DNA from: Phycisphaerales bacterium
GTDB lineage: Bacteria; Planctomycetota; Phycisphaerae; Phycisphaerales; UBA1924
Direction of reading: 5' to 3'
Assembly: GCA_044222195.1 (NCBI GenBank)
Contig: JBGANS010000004.1
Span: 197,669-261,668, forward strand
DNA: 64,000 nt
The number at the start of each line of letters is the position of its first letter. The first letter of the stretch is position 1. Under the pieces are notes generated by a model. It searched no databases and had not been told where the DNA came from. It worked only from the letters and a program-made list of their open reading frames with translations. Of this stretch, positions 8,265-16,580 are shown piece after piece. The translations under genes were made by a program, and so were the position numbers.

Positions 8265-9323
8265 ATGAACAGGCAGGCGCGCACGTCACAGCTGAGCCAT
8301 AAGGGTTTCACCCTCATTGAGCTGCTGGTGGTCATCGCGATCATCGCGATCCTGATTTCACTTCTGTTGCCGGCCCTCGGCAGCGCCCGGGAAGTCGCTC
8401 GCCAGGTGGTCTGCTCCGCCGCGACTCGCAGCGCAGCACAAGGCCAAACGGTGTACTCCTCGAGCAGCAAGGACTACTTCGCGGGACCGACGACCACGGG
8501 CTACAAAGGGCTTGTCGGCCAGGCCGGGAACACCGCGTACATCAACGATACTTCTTCCGAGACTCCAACCTCCACCATGGACTGGATCAGCCCCACGATG
8601 GGTGAGTCGATGGGGCTGTCGACCAATCGGGCGCGGCGGACGGCGCAGATCTTCAACAAGTACGGCTGCGCCGCGGCGAGAAACTACAACGCCCGGGTGT
8701 TCAATCCCGGCATGACGGATGAGCAATCCTTCACGGACATCATCAATCTCGAAGGAATCAGGCAGATCAGTTTCATGTCACCGGCGGCGTTCCACTACTA
8801 CCCCGGCACGCTGCCCTCGGCCGAACGCACGCGGCTCAATGCCCTTATGGGGAACCAAGCGCCCATCGGCTTTGATACGCCCGTCAGCGTCAAGTCCGGA
8901 TACAAGCCGCGGTTCGATCTTGTCGGAACAGACCTCAGCAAGAAGATCATCGTCGCGGATGGGACTCGCTTCCTGGCGGCGCAGGGTGGCGGCGCGGTGC
9001 TCGACTTCGACATCGACTGCACGCCGCAGTTCTACGGGTCCTTTATCGACCCGGGGCCCATCTTTCACGGGAGCGCTGCGTACGGGCGCGGAAGCAGCAC
9101 GTCCGCCGCGCCCGGAAGGCACCTGCTGTCATTCCGGCACGTGGGAAATCGGATTGACGTGGCGTACTTCGATGGACACGGAGGCTCGGTAAAGATGCAG
9201 GACGCCTACACCGATGCGGCGCCGTGGTATCCCAGCGGCAGCCGGTGGAACCCGGGTGGCGTTGGAACCCCTGAAGCCACAGCGTATTACAACACGCCGG
9301 GCCGCAGCCCCAACATCCCGTAG
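8265..9323 (+). CDS. Prepilin-type N-terminal cleavage/methylation domain protein, DUF1559-like with an H-X9-DG-like tail
   Basis: [34 protein letters not shown] is a class III signal peptide. The C-terminus reads [21 protein letters not shown] (H-x10-DG). I prefer the ATG at 8265 over the track GTG at 8250. Confidence 0.85.
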   Translation: MNRQARTSQLSHKGFTLIELLVVIAIIAILISLLLPALGSAREVARQVVCSAATRSAAQGQTVYSSSSKDYFAGPTTTGYKGLVGQAGNTAYINDTSSETPTSTMDWISPTMGESMGLSTNRARRTAQIFNKYGCAAARNYNARVFNPGMTDEQSFTDIINLEGIRQISFMSPAAFHYYPGTLPSAERTRLNALMGNQAPIGFDTPVSVKSGYKPRFDLVGTDLSKKIIVADGTRFLAAQGGGAVLDFDIDCTPQFYGSFIDPGPIFHGSAAYGRGSSTSAAPGRHLLSFRHVGNRIDVAYFDGHGGSVKMQDAYTDAAPWYPSGSRWNPGGVGTPEATAYYNTPGRSPNIP

Positions 9324-9398
9324 CGTGATTTCGAGTTCGCCGCTGCAAGCCGAACGCGACTTCAACGCAGTCTCGACGTGAATCCGCTACACTTCCGC

Positions 9399-9485
9399 CC
9401 TCAGGAATCGGCGAGGGAGAGACAAGCCGCGGCCTCATACGCCGCAACCCAAGCCGATGCCGTCGTATTCCGTCTCCCGCGGGGG
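9399..9485 (+). promoter_or_regulatory. Conserved 5' leader element, copy A (candidate cis-regulatory RNA)
   Basis: CCTCAGGAATCGGCGAGGGAGAGACAAGCCGCGGCC..GCCGCAACCCAAGCCGATGC..GTCTCCC. It is near-identical in its core to 10750-10835. Pairings: 9407-9412 with 9453-9458, 9429-9433 with 9441-9445, and 9415-9420 with 9473-9478. A TACACT hexamer sits at 9388-9393, just upstream. Confidence 0.4.
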
Positions 9486-9641
9486 AGCGGTGGTTGTCCG
9501 TGCTCTCGCCAAGGGGCGGTGCTGTGACCGCTGTCGCTCAGCCCAGCAACAGGAGCGGAAGCACGGGACCAAGTGGCTTGGCAACGTCGCCGGGCCACCG
9601 AACACGGTTTGGATGGGCCCTTGAAGAAAGAGGAAGAGATC

Positions 9642-10409
9642 ATGAATCGCACAAGGAAGGCACATGTTTTGTTCGCCGGGCTTGTAGGCTGCTCGATCAC
9701 GGGCGCGGCCTCTGCTCAGTTGGTCGTCCTATCGGATGACTTCAACTCGTACACCAACGGAACACTCGTGCCGCAGGGCGGCTGGACCACGACGGGAACA
9801 GTCTTCACGACCCCCGTACAGGTCGCGGGCGGGGCCGACAAGTACGTTCAGTTCGGCACCAGCGGCGAGGACGACTACAAGGTGTTCTCGTCCCCGGTCA
9901 CACTGAACCCGACCGATTCGCTCGAGACGCGCGTCGACATCAACGTCAGCGCGGCGACCGCCACCGGCGATTACTTCACGCACCTCTCGAACCCCGCCGG
10001 GACCACGGCCAACTTCTACCAGCGCGTGTTCGCTCGGAGCTCGGGCGCGGGCTTTCAGCTCGGACTGGTTGACACCTCGGGAACCGGGAGCACAACGACC
10101 TGGGGAACAACGGTGCTGGCGTTCAACACGGCCTATTCGCTCAAGATCGTCTGGAACTTTCTCGCCGGCGCCAACAACGACACCTTCACACTCGATGTCA
10201 ACAGCGTCAACTATCTCAACCACACGTGGACATCGACAGGCATCGCGGAGCCGACCACGCTCGCCGCGGCCAATCTTCGCCAAGGCGGGGCAACCACCTC
10301 AGCGACGCTGCAACTCGACAACCTGAATATCACCTCGGTGCCGGGCCCCGGCAGCGTTGCGTGCCTCATGTCCGGCATGATCATCGCCGGCCGCCGCCGT
10401 CGCAGCTAG
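9642..10409 (+). CDS. Secreted protein with a PEP-CTERM-like C-terminal sorting tail (LamG/lectin-like body)
   Basis: The ATG at 9642 follows GAAAGAGGAAGAG. Signal peptide MNRTRKAHVLFAGLVGCSITGAASAQ. The tail is ..ITSVPGPGSVACLMSGMIIAGRRRRS: a P-x-P motif, a hydrophobic span and an Arg cluster. The track ORF start at 9573 is over-extended. Confidence 0.75.
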   Translation: MNRTRKAHVLFAGLVGCSITGAASAQLVVLSDDFNSYTNGTLVPQGGWTTTGTVFTTPVQVAGGADKYVQFGTSGEDDYKVFSSPVTLNPTDSLETRVDINVSAATATGDYFTHLSNPAGTTANFYQRVFARSSGAGFQLGLVDTSGTGSTTTWGTTVLAFNTAYSLKIVWNFLAGANNDTFTLDVNSVNYLNHTWTSTGIAEPTTLAAANLRQGGATTSATLQLDNLNITSVPGPGSVACLMSGMIIAGRRRRS

Positions 10410-10441
10410 CTGGCGGGTCTGCAGCACTCCAAGCCTTTGCC

Positions 10442-10477
10442 CAGCCGCAGCGACCGCTGCGGCTGCGCTTATTTCAG
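10442..10477 (+). terminator. Intrinsic terminator after the first PEP-CTERM-type gene
   Basis: The near-perfect palindrome CAGCCGCAGCG-AC-CGCTGCGGCTG (10442-10465) is followed by CGCTTATTTC. The U-tract is interrupted. Confidence 0.5.
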
Positions 10478-10749
10478 GACCGCTACATTCACGCCCGCGG
10501 GACGTGGGCGCGACCGCCGAACACGGCACCGCGGATTCCAAGCCGACCATCGAACCTCCGTCGCGAATGCCGGAATCGGTAGTGTGAACTCGGCACGAGC
10601 GATGCTGTCGGAAGTTGGACGTGCCACGCCCCCTGACGCGGCCCGCCCCGAACGGCCCACCGCCGTCGAGCCCGCAGTCTTCGCGCATTCTTCGCCGTTT
10701 CTTGCTGTGAAATCGACGTAGCCGCCTTCGCCTCCCGGTATCTTTCCCG

Positions 10750-10835
10750 CCTCAGGAGTCGGCAGGGAGAGACAAGCCGCGGCCACTTTGGCCGCAACCC
10801 GGGCCGATGCAGTTTGTTACCGCTCCCGTCAGGGG
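10750..10835 (+). promoter_or_regulatory. Conserved 5' leader element, copy B (candidate cis-regulatory RNA)
   Basis: CCTCAGGAGTCGGCAGGGAGAGACAAGCCGCGGCCACTTTGGCCGCAACCCGGGCCGATGC..CTCCC. Pairings: 10758-10763 with 10803-10808 (one G-U), 10779-10784 with 10790-10795, and 10865-10869-equivalent GGGAG (10765-10769) with 10823-10827. A TATCTT hexamer sits at 10739-10744, just upstream. Confidence 0.4.
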
Positions 10836-10908
10836 CCCCCTGTCGATTCGCCGACGCGTGCCCGTGACGAGGGCATCACACGCGCCTTGTTCACAGGAGA
10901 AATGAGAC

Positions 10909-11991
10909 ATGAGGAAGATTGCCATCGTGCTGTTCGCCGGCGTTGCGGCACCCGCGTTCGCTCAGGACAGCCTTTTCAATGTCGGAAACCTGGTTGTTTC
11001 CCAGATCAACGGATCGACGAACGCATCTTCCGCTGCGGTGCTACGGGAGTTCACCACTGCCGGCATCGCCACCGGGGACAACGCGTTCCTTCCGACGGTG
11101 ACGTTCGGCGCCCATCGCCGCGTGACGGTGTCCGGCTCCGCGACATCCGAGGGACACCTCAATATGACACCGGACGGTTCTGCCCTGGTGTTCCAGGGCT
11201 ACGACTCCGGCACGGGCGTCGCTTCTATCGCCAGCACAACCTCCGCCGTCGCCAATCGCGTTGTCGCACGAATCGGGATGGACCTCAGCATTGACTCAAC
11301 CACATCCCTGACCGATGCCTACTCCGGCAACAACATCCGCTCCGCTGTCATGGACGGGGCGAACGTGTATACCGCGGGGCCCAGTATCGCCGGCGGCGGC
11401 GGCGGCGTAAGGAACGCACTCTTTGGCGCGACTGGCACCACCACCGACGTTTCCGCCACCAGCTTCAACGCCCGCGTGGTGAACATCTTCAACAGCACGA
11501 TCTACGCGAGTTCGGCCTCCACCGGCGCGTTCGGCATCAGCTCCGTCTCGGGCGGAACGTCGACGCTGGTCATTCCCACATCTCCATCGGGCACCGGCAA
11601 CCCCAGCTCCTACGACTTCCTGTTCTTGAACCCGACAACGTGCTACGTCACCGATGACCGCACGGTCGCCAACGGCGGCGGCCTCCAGAAGTGGACAAAC
11701 AGTGGCAGCGGTTGGACCCTGGCCTACACCCTCAGCGCTCAACTCACGGCGGGACTCCGCAGCATCACTCTTGACCCGGCCACCGGCACGTTCTACGCCA
11801 TTAGCGCCGATTCCCAGACCAAGCTCGTGTCCGTGGTGGATACCGGCGCCGGCTCTACCTTCACGACACTCTTCACATCTGCCTCCGGCACCAACATGCG
11901 AGGCGTCGAGTTCATTACGGCACCCGCCCCCGGTACGGCCATGCTCCTCGGTCTCGGCGGCCTTGTCGCATCCCGGCGACGCCGCTCGTAA
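10909..11991 (+). CDS. Secreted protein with a PEP-CTERM-like C-terminal sorting tail
   Basis: Signal peptide MRKIAIVLFAGVAAPAFAQ, then a Ser/Thr/Gly-rich beta-type body. The tail is ..ITAPAPGTAMLLGLGGLVASRRRRS. An AGGAGA lies upstream of the ATG. Confidence 0.75.
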   Translation: MRKIAIVLFAGVAAPAFAQDSLFNVGNLVVSQINGSTNASSAAVLREFTTAGIATGDNAFLPTVTFGAHRRVTVSGSATSEGHLNMTPDGSALVFQGYDSGTGVASIASTTSAVANRVVARIGMDLSIDSTTSLTDAYSGNNIRSAVMDGANVYTAGPSIAGGGGGVRNALFGATGTTTDVSATSFNARVVNIFNSTIYASSASTGAFGISSVSGGTSTLVIPTSPSGTGNPSSYDFLFLNPTTCYVTDDRTVANGGGLQKWTNSGSGWTLAYTLSAQLTAGLRSITLDPATGTFYAISADSQTKLVSVVDTGAGSTFTTLFTSASGTNMRGVEFITAPAPGTAMLLGLGGLVASRRRRS

Positions 11992-12023
11992 TACCGTCAG
12001 ATTCCGCTCTCTTGTTCCCCGTC

Positions 12024-12058
12024 GCCGACCGCTCACCGGAGCGGTCGGCTTCGTTGTT
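12024..12058 (+). terminator. Intrinsic terminator after the second PEP-CTERM-type gene
   Basis: GCCGACCGCTC (12024-12034), loop ACCG, GAGCGGTCGGC (12039-12049), followed by TTCGTTGTT. Confidence 0.6.
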
Positions 12059-12169
12059 GGGCGCGCCGAGGCGTTGACGTTGCGAGGGTCCGCATCCGGC
12101 GGCAGCAGGATCCACCCCTCATCCCGTACTCTCTCACCCGCGGTATGCTCCTCCTCCTTGGAGCCTCCA

Positions 12170-13609
12170 ATGCCCGACCTCTCATCCGCCGTCCTCACCA
12201 AGCTTGATCAGAACGAGAACGCCGCCATTCAGCGCTGGATGGACTGGCTTCGCATCCCGAGCATCAGCACGGATCCCAAGTACAAGGATGACACGCGCCG
12301 CGCCGCTGAGTGGTGCGCCTCGCATCTTCGCACATCGGGCTTCGAGGCGTCCGTGGTTCCCGCGTCTGACGGCATGGGCAAGGACGGTCACCCCATCGTC
12401 ATGGCCCACTCTCCCGGCGCGCCGGACTACAAAGGCCCGCACGTCCTTTTCTACGGGCACTACGACGTGCAGCCCGTTGATCCCGTGAACCTCTGGGACA
12501 GCCCGCCGTTCGAGCCCGTTCTCAAGCCCGCCGTCCCTGGCGGCCCGGGCGAACGCATCGTCGCGCGAGGGGCGGTGGACGACAAGGGCCAGGTCATGAT
12601 GTTCCTTGAAGCCATGCGGGCCTGGAAGGAAGTCACCGGTGAGACGGCGGGCGGTGTGAAGATGACCATCATGATCGAGGGGGAAGAGGAATGCGGCTCG
12701 ACCAGCCTCCCCCACTTCGTTCAGGAGCACAAGAGGTCACTGAGCGCGTGCGACTTCTGCCTCATTTCGGACACGGGAATGCTGTCCCGCAAGCAACCGG
12801 CGATTACCTACGGCGTCCGCGGCCTCGCGTACACCGAGATCACGCTTCACGCCGCGGACCAGGACCTGCACTCGGGCCTCTGGGGTGGGCGGGCGCCGAA
12901 TCCCAACAACGAGCTGACCAAGGTGCTCTCGCAACTGTGGGACAAAAAACGCCGCGTCACGATTCCGGGGTTCTACGACGATGTTCGCCCGCTTTCGAAG
13001 GCTGAACGGGCCGCGTGGAAGAGACTCAAGTTCAACGCCGCCGCGGCCCTAAGAAAAATCGGGCTGGGCAAGGCCGCGGACATCGGTGAGGATGGCTACA
13101 CCGCGATGGAGCGCGAGTGGGGTCGGCCTACGGCCGAGGTCAACGGCATCTGGGGCGGGTACACCGGCCCGGGTGCCAAGACGGTGATCCCCGCCAAGGC
13201 CAGCGCCAAGGTCAGTTTCCGCCTCGTCGCCGACCAGGACCCCCCCAAGATTGCGAAGCTGTTCTTCGCTTGGCTGAAGAAGCACACGCCTCCGGGTTGC
13301 AGATGGGAACTGACCGATCACCACGGCGGTCACGGCGTGACGGTCGACATCAAGTCGCCCTACCTGACGGCGGCCGCGCGGGCCATTCAGAAGGCCGGAA
13401 AGACCAAGCCTGCCCTGATCAAGTCCGGCGGTTCGATCCCCGTTGCCGGCCTGCTCAAGGCCAAGCTCGGGCTCGAGACGATATTCATGGGATTTGGGCT
13501 GGACGACGATCGCGTCCACTCGCCCAACGAGAAGTTCGAGCTCGATTGCTACCGGCTGGGGGCCCGGTCTCACGCCATTTTCATTTCAGAGCTGCTCGGG
13601 CAGCGGTAG
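12170..13609 (+). CDS. M20 family metallopeptidase / dipeptidase
   Basis: The ATG at 12170 follows GGAG. The sequence ..WLRIPSISTDP..VLFYGHYDVQPVDP..RGAVDDKGQ..IEGEEECGS.. is typical of M20/M25/M40 dipeptidases. Track ORF 11654..13609 is over-extended: its 5' part overlaps the PEP-CTERM gene and contains the terminator. Confidence 0.85.
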   Translation: MPDLSSAVLTKLDQNENAAIQRWMDWLRIPSISTDPKYKDDTRRAAEWCASHLRTSGFEASVVPASDGMGKDGHPIVMAHSPGAPDYKGPHVLFYGHYDVQPVDPVNLWDSPPFEPVLKPAVPGGPGERIVARGAVDDKGQVMMFLEAMRAWKEVTGETAGGVKMTIMIEGEEECGSTSLPHFVQEHKRSLSACDFCLISDTGMLSRKQPAITYGVRGLAYTEITLHAADQDLHSGLWGGRAPNPNNELTKVLSQLWDKKRRVTIPGFYDDVRPLSKAERAAWKRLKFNAAAALRKIGLGKAADIGEDGYTAMEREWGRPTAEVNGIWGGYTGPGAKTVIPAKASAKVSFRLVADQDPPKIAKLFFAWLKKHTPPGCRWELTDHHGGHGVTVDIKSPYLTAAARAIQKAGKTKPALIKSGGSIPVAGLLKAKLGLETIFMGFGLDDDRVHSPNEKFELDCYRLGARSHAIFISELLGQR

Positions 13610-13624
13610 TGCGCGAGGAAAGGT

Positions 13625-13873
13625 TCAGGCGGCCTTGGCGGGCTGTGCGCTTCCCTGCCCGACCACCTGAACGTGGTTATTGAGGTCTTTTTGCGCTTCC
13701 AGGGCCGCGAGCTGTTCGGCGTAGACCCGCCGCAGATTCGCCGCTTTCCGGCGTGTTTCGTGCATGTGCAGCTCGACCCGAACCGCCGCGGCGATGGCGT
13801 AGCAGACCGACAGGGCCGTCGCACCGGCGATAGTCCCGATGACCGCCCAGGCTTGCCAGGGAAGAGAAGACAT
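13625..13873 (-). CDS. Small hypothetical membrane protein
   Basis: From the internal ATG at 13873 it reads MSSLPWQAWAVIGTIAGATALSVCYAIAAAV (one TM span) plus a charged helical tail. No family recognised, so coding status is uncertain. Confidence 0.35.
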   Translation of the reverse strand: MSSLPWQAWAVIGTIAGATALSVCYAIAAAVRVELHMHETRRKAANLRRVYAEQLAALEAQKDLNNHVQVVGQGSAQPAKAA

Positions 13874-14001
13874 GGGTTCGTCATCGGTTGGCGAACCTCG
13901 GCCCTTCAGTCCTTGTAGAATTGGGGCGGAATCGGACCGGGGCGATCCCCAATCCGTTCCTTCGGGGATCTTGCTTGAAGACAGGTCGAACACGAGCGAG
14001 G

Positions 14002-16557
14002 ATGGCGTGGTGGCAGGTATGGGCGGTCTTGGTTTTTGGGTGCGTTCAGGCGACCGCGAGAGGCCAGGAGTCCGCGGTTCAAGAAGGCAGCCAGGGTGAG
14101 GTCGCCATCGCCCGCGATTGGGTCGGCGCCGGTGGTGTGGTCCGTCCGGGCGAATGGGCCGGCATCCAGCTCCGCATCAACGACAGCAATGACAAGCCGC
14201 GCGAAGTGGTCATACGGATTCCCACCGTCGACCCCGACGGCGACAAGCCGCTGTGGGAAGGAACGCTGACGACCAACCCGGGCGTCAATCAACCCGTGTG
14301 GGCGTACCTGCGGCTTCCGGCGACATTCAAGACGAACGACCCTATTCGCGCGTTTGTCTACGCGGCGGTTGAGGGACCTCCGCTGGCACCGGGGCTTCCG
14401 CCGTCGGTCACGGCGGGGCGGCAACTGGGTTCGACCGTGTTCATGGCTCAGCGAGTGCTCACCACGAGCGAGGGCATGCTTGGGATCGTCGGCAACAGGA
14501 AGATGGGTCTGGGCCGGTACGCCGGCTCGGGCAATCACACTTCGTTGCCGTCCGCGCACGAGCGGTGGGAAGTGATCGACCGACTCGATCCCGAGACTCT
14601 GCCGGACCGGTGGATGGGGCTCATGCAGTTTGAGGCGCTCGTCTGGAACGATCCGCCTCCGTCGGCCCTGGGCACGGAGAAGAGCCAGGCGATTCGAGAG
14701 TGGGTCACGCGCGGCGGGCACTTGGTCATCGTCCTGCCGCGTCTCGCGCAGACCTGGACCGATGAGGCAAACAACCCGCTCTTCGATCTTGTGCCGCGGG
14801 TCGGCGTCCGGCGGCGCGAAGGGGTGGACCTTGAGCCGCTGCGACAACTGGTGACCTATCAACTCAAAGAAGCGGCGGACGCCCGGAACAGCCTCGACAT
14901 GCCGGCCAACGAAGTGCTCCAGACGTTCGTGCCACTCCAGGGAGCGACATCTCGCGAAGCCATGTGCATCATCGCGATGCCCAAGCCCGCGGAGAGCGGG
15001 GAAACCGAGTGGCTCGTCGGCCGACGCCAGGTCGGGCTTGGCCTGGTCACCGTGATCGGCCTCGACGCGGGCAGCCGGTGGATGGACGCCCGCGCGCTGC
15101 CCGATCCAGAACTCTTCTGGCATCGCATCCTCGGCCGGCGCGGCCAGATGCTCGCCCCAAAGCCCTCGGGCGACATCACGAGCAACTACGCCCTCTCCCG
15201 CGCTCCCGCGACGGTAGACAACAGCATCGCTGACCAGATCTCCAAGCAGACGCTTGCGGGGGCTGGGGTCCTTCTTGGTCTGGTTGTTTTCGTCGTGTAT
15301 TGGCTGATCGCGGGGCCGCTTGGGTACGCGGCGCTGAAGAAAACGGGCCGGCAGCGACACGCGTGGGTTGGATTCGTGTTGGCGGCCGGGCTGTTTACCG
15401 GCGTGGCGTGGGGCGGCGCGGCTGTCATTCGACCCGCGAAGACCAGTGCATCACACCTGACCATTCTCGACCACGTGTACACGCCCGAGGGCCAGAGCGT
15501 CCAGCGTGCTCGTTCGTGGATGAGCGTGCTGATCCCGCAGTATGGCGAAGCCGCGTTGGCGATCGGCGATCCATCTCAACCGGGCACGCGACGATTCCAC
15601 AATCTGCTGTCGCCGTGGGAGCACGAACGGCAGTCGAGCGCCGGCTTCCCCGATGCCCGAAGCTACCGCATCAACAGCCGCGCACCGGAGGCATTCACGA
15701 TTCCCGCCCGCTCAACGGTGAAGCAGTTCCAGGTGGACTGGGCGGGCGGGCCGATCTGGAAGATGCCGCGGCCGGCGGCGGATGCATCGGGAAAGCTCAT
15801 GGAGATCACGGCGGAGCCTGTGGAGCGGGGCGGCGTGGTTCAGAGTGTGGCCCTCACCGGCTCGCTGGTGCACGACCTCCCGGGGCCGATTCACGAGATG
15901 CTTGTAGTGGTCAACCTGGGCCAGAGACCCCTGAGTCGGTCGTTCAGCAACCTTGGCGCCTGGAGAATGACGTCGGACGTGTTTGTCGCGAAGTTGACCA
16001 AGGACTGGGATCCCGGCACGCCGCTCGACCTGGCCCAGGTGTTGAAGACCACCACGTTCAGCCCCGGAGACAAGGCGACTCAGGGAACGAATCCATCCGG
16101 ATACTTTGGAACGCTGCTGAGCGAACTCGCCAAGGACACTGACCAGGTCGGAGGCGCTGCGGGCTCAACCAACCTGAATGTGCTGGTGACCAAGATGTAC
16201 GCGATGACCTTCATGGGCCAGATCGAGCCGCCCTCGCCGGAAAGCAGCAGCAGCGGGTACCAGGGCAAGCCGCTGGCGCGCCGCCAGGCGACGCATGGCT
16301 TTGATCTCTCCGCGTGGATGACGCAGCCGTGCATCATCATCGTCGGGTATGTGGGTGGTCGCACCGGCGAAGTTGGACCAAGCCCGGTGCCACTCAGCTA
16401 CAGCACGGGCGGCGCTTATCGAACCGTTCCCACCGATGGCTGCACGTTCATCCGCTGGGTGTATCCTCTGCCCACCAAGCCGCCCACCTACGGCACATCG
16501 TCCGATGCCGTCGACTCCAAGGGCCCGCCCGAGCCGAGCCCCGAAGACCCGACCTAG
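14002..16557 (+). CDS. Large exported/membrane protein of unknown function
   Basis: The ATG at 14002 gives the signal-like MAWWQVWAVLVFGCVQATARGQ. Two central TM spans (..LAGAGVLLGLVVFVVYWLIAGPLGYAAL.. and ..HAWVGFVLAAGLFTGVAWGGAAVI..) separate two large soluble halves. No catalytic motif recognised. It ends 23 bp before the ABC ATPase gene. Confidence 0.7.
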   Translation: MAWWQVWAVLVFGCVQATARGQESAVQEGSQGEVAIARDWVGAGGVVRPGEWAGIQLRINDSNDKPREVVIRIPTVDPDGDKPLWEGTLTTNPGVNQPVWAYLRLPATFKTNDPIRAFVYAAVEGPPLAPGLPPSVTAGRQLGSTVFMAQRVLTTSEGMLGIVGNRKMGLGRYAGSGNHTSLPSAHERWEVIDRLDPETLPDRWMGLMQFEALVWNDPPPSALGTEKSQAIREWVTRGGHLVIVLPRLAQTWTDEANNPLFDLVPRVGVRRREGVDLEPLRQLVTYQLKEAADARNSLDMPANEVLQTFVPLQGATSREAMCIIAMPKPAESGETEWLVGRRQVGLGLVTVIGLDAGSRWMDARALPDPELFWHRILGRRGQMLAPKPSGDITSNYALSRAPATVDNSIADQISKQTLAGAGVLLGLVVFVVYWLIAGPLGYAALKKTGRQRHAWVGFVLAAGLFTGVAWGGAAVIRPAKTSASHLTILDHVYTPEGQSVQRARSWMSVLIPQYGEAALAIGDPSQPGTRRFHNLLSPWEHERQSSAGFPDARSYRINSRAPEAFTIPARSTVKQFQVDWAGGPIWKMPRPAADASGKLMEITAEPVERGGVVQSVALTGSLVHDLPGPIHEMLVVVNLGQRPLSRSFSNLGAWRMTSDVFVAKLTKDWDPGTPLDLAQVLKTTTFSPGDKATQGTNPSGYFGTLLSELAKDTDQVGGAAGSTNLNVLVTKMYAMTFMGQIEPPSPESSSSGYQGKPLARRQATHGFDLSAWMTQPCIIIVGYVGGRTGEVGPSPVPLSYSTGGAYRTVPTDGCTFIRWVYPLPTKPPTYGTSSDAVDSKGPPEPSPEDPT

Positions 16558-16580
16558 TTCCCGGAGCCTCCCCAGTGCCG

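Noticed and set aside
10478-10745. Long non-coding stretch between the first PEP-CTERM terminator and leader copy B; possible third degenerate leader copy near 10570-10610 or a small gene (ORFs 10437..10721, 10469..10786, 10489..10797)
   Set aside because: The ORFs are Arg-rich and mutually overlapping, which looks like non-coding DNA. The GGAATCGG..GCGATGC similarity to the leader is short, lacks the P2 hairpin, and could be chance. I did not recognise any known RNA here.
11654-12169. 5' extension of the M20 peptidase ORF (track start 11654)
   Set aside because: The extension overlaps the 3' end of the PEP-CTERM gene in another frame and runs through its intrinsic terminator (12024-12058). 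A GGAG-preceded ATG at 12170 begins the conserved peptidase sequence. Similar over-extensions were trimmed at 16314, 23780, 39530, 44068, 51013, 53357, 56388..57707, 58705, 60313 and 60415.
13906-15360. 484-aa minus-strand ORF antisense to the large membrane protein gene
   Set aside because: It has the Arg/Pro-rich composition typical of antisense frames and no motifs. The sense frame has a signal peptide, TM helices and normal composition. The same reasoning applies to 17719..19335 (antisense to prpD), 29556..30932 (antisense to valS), 40243..41058, 41660..42508 and 61931..62641.
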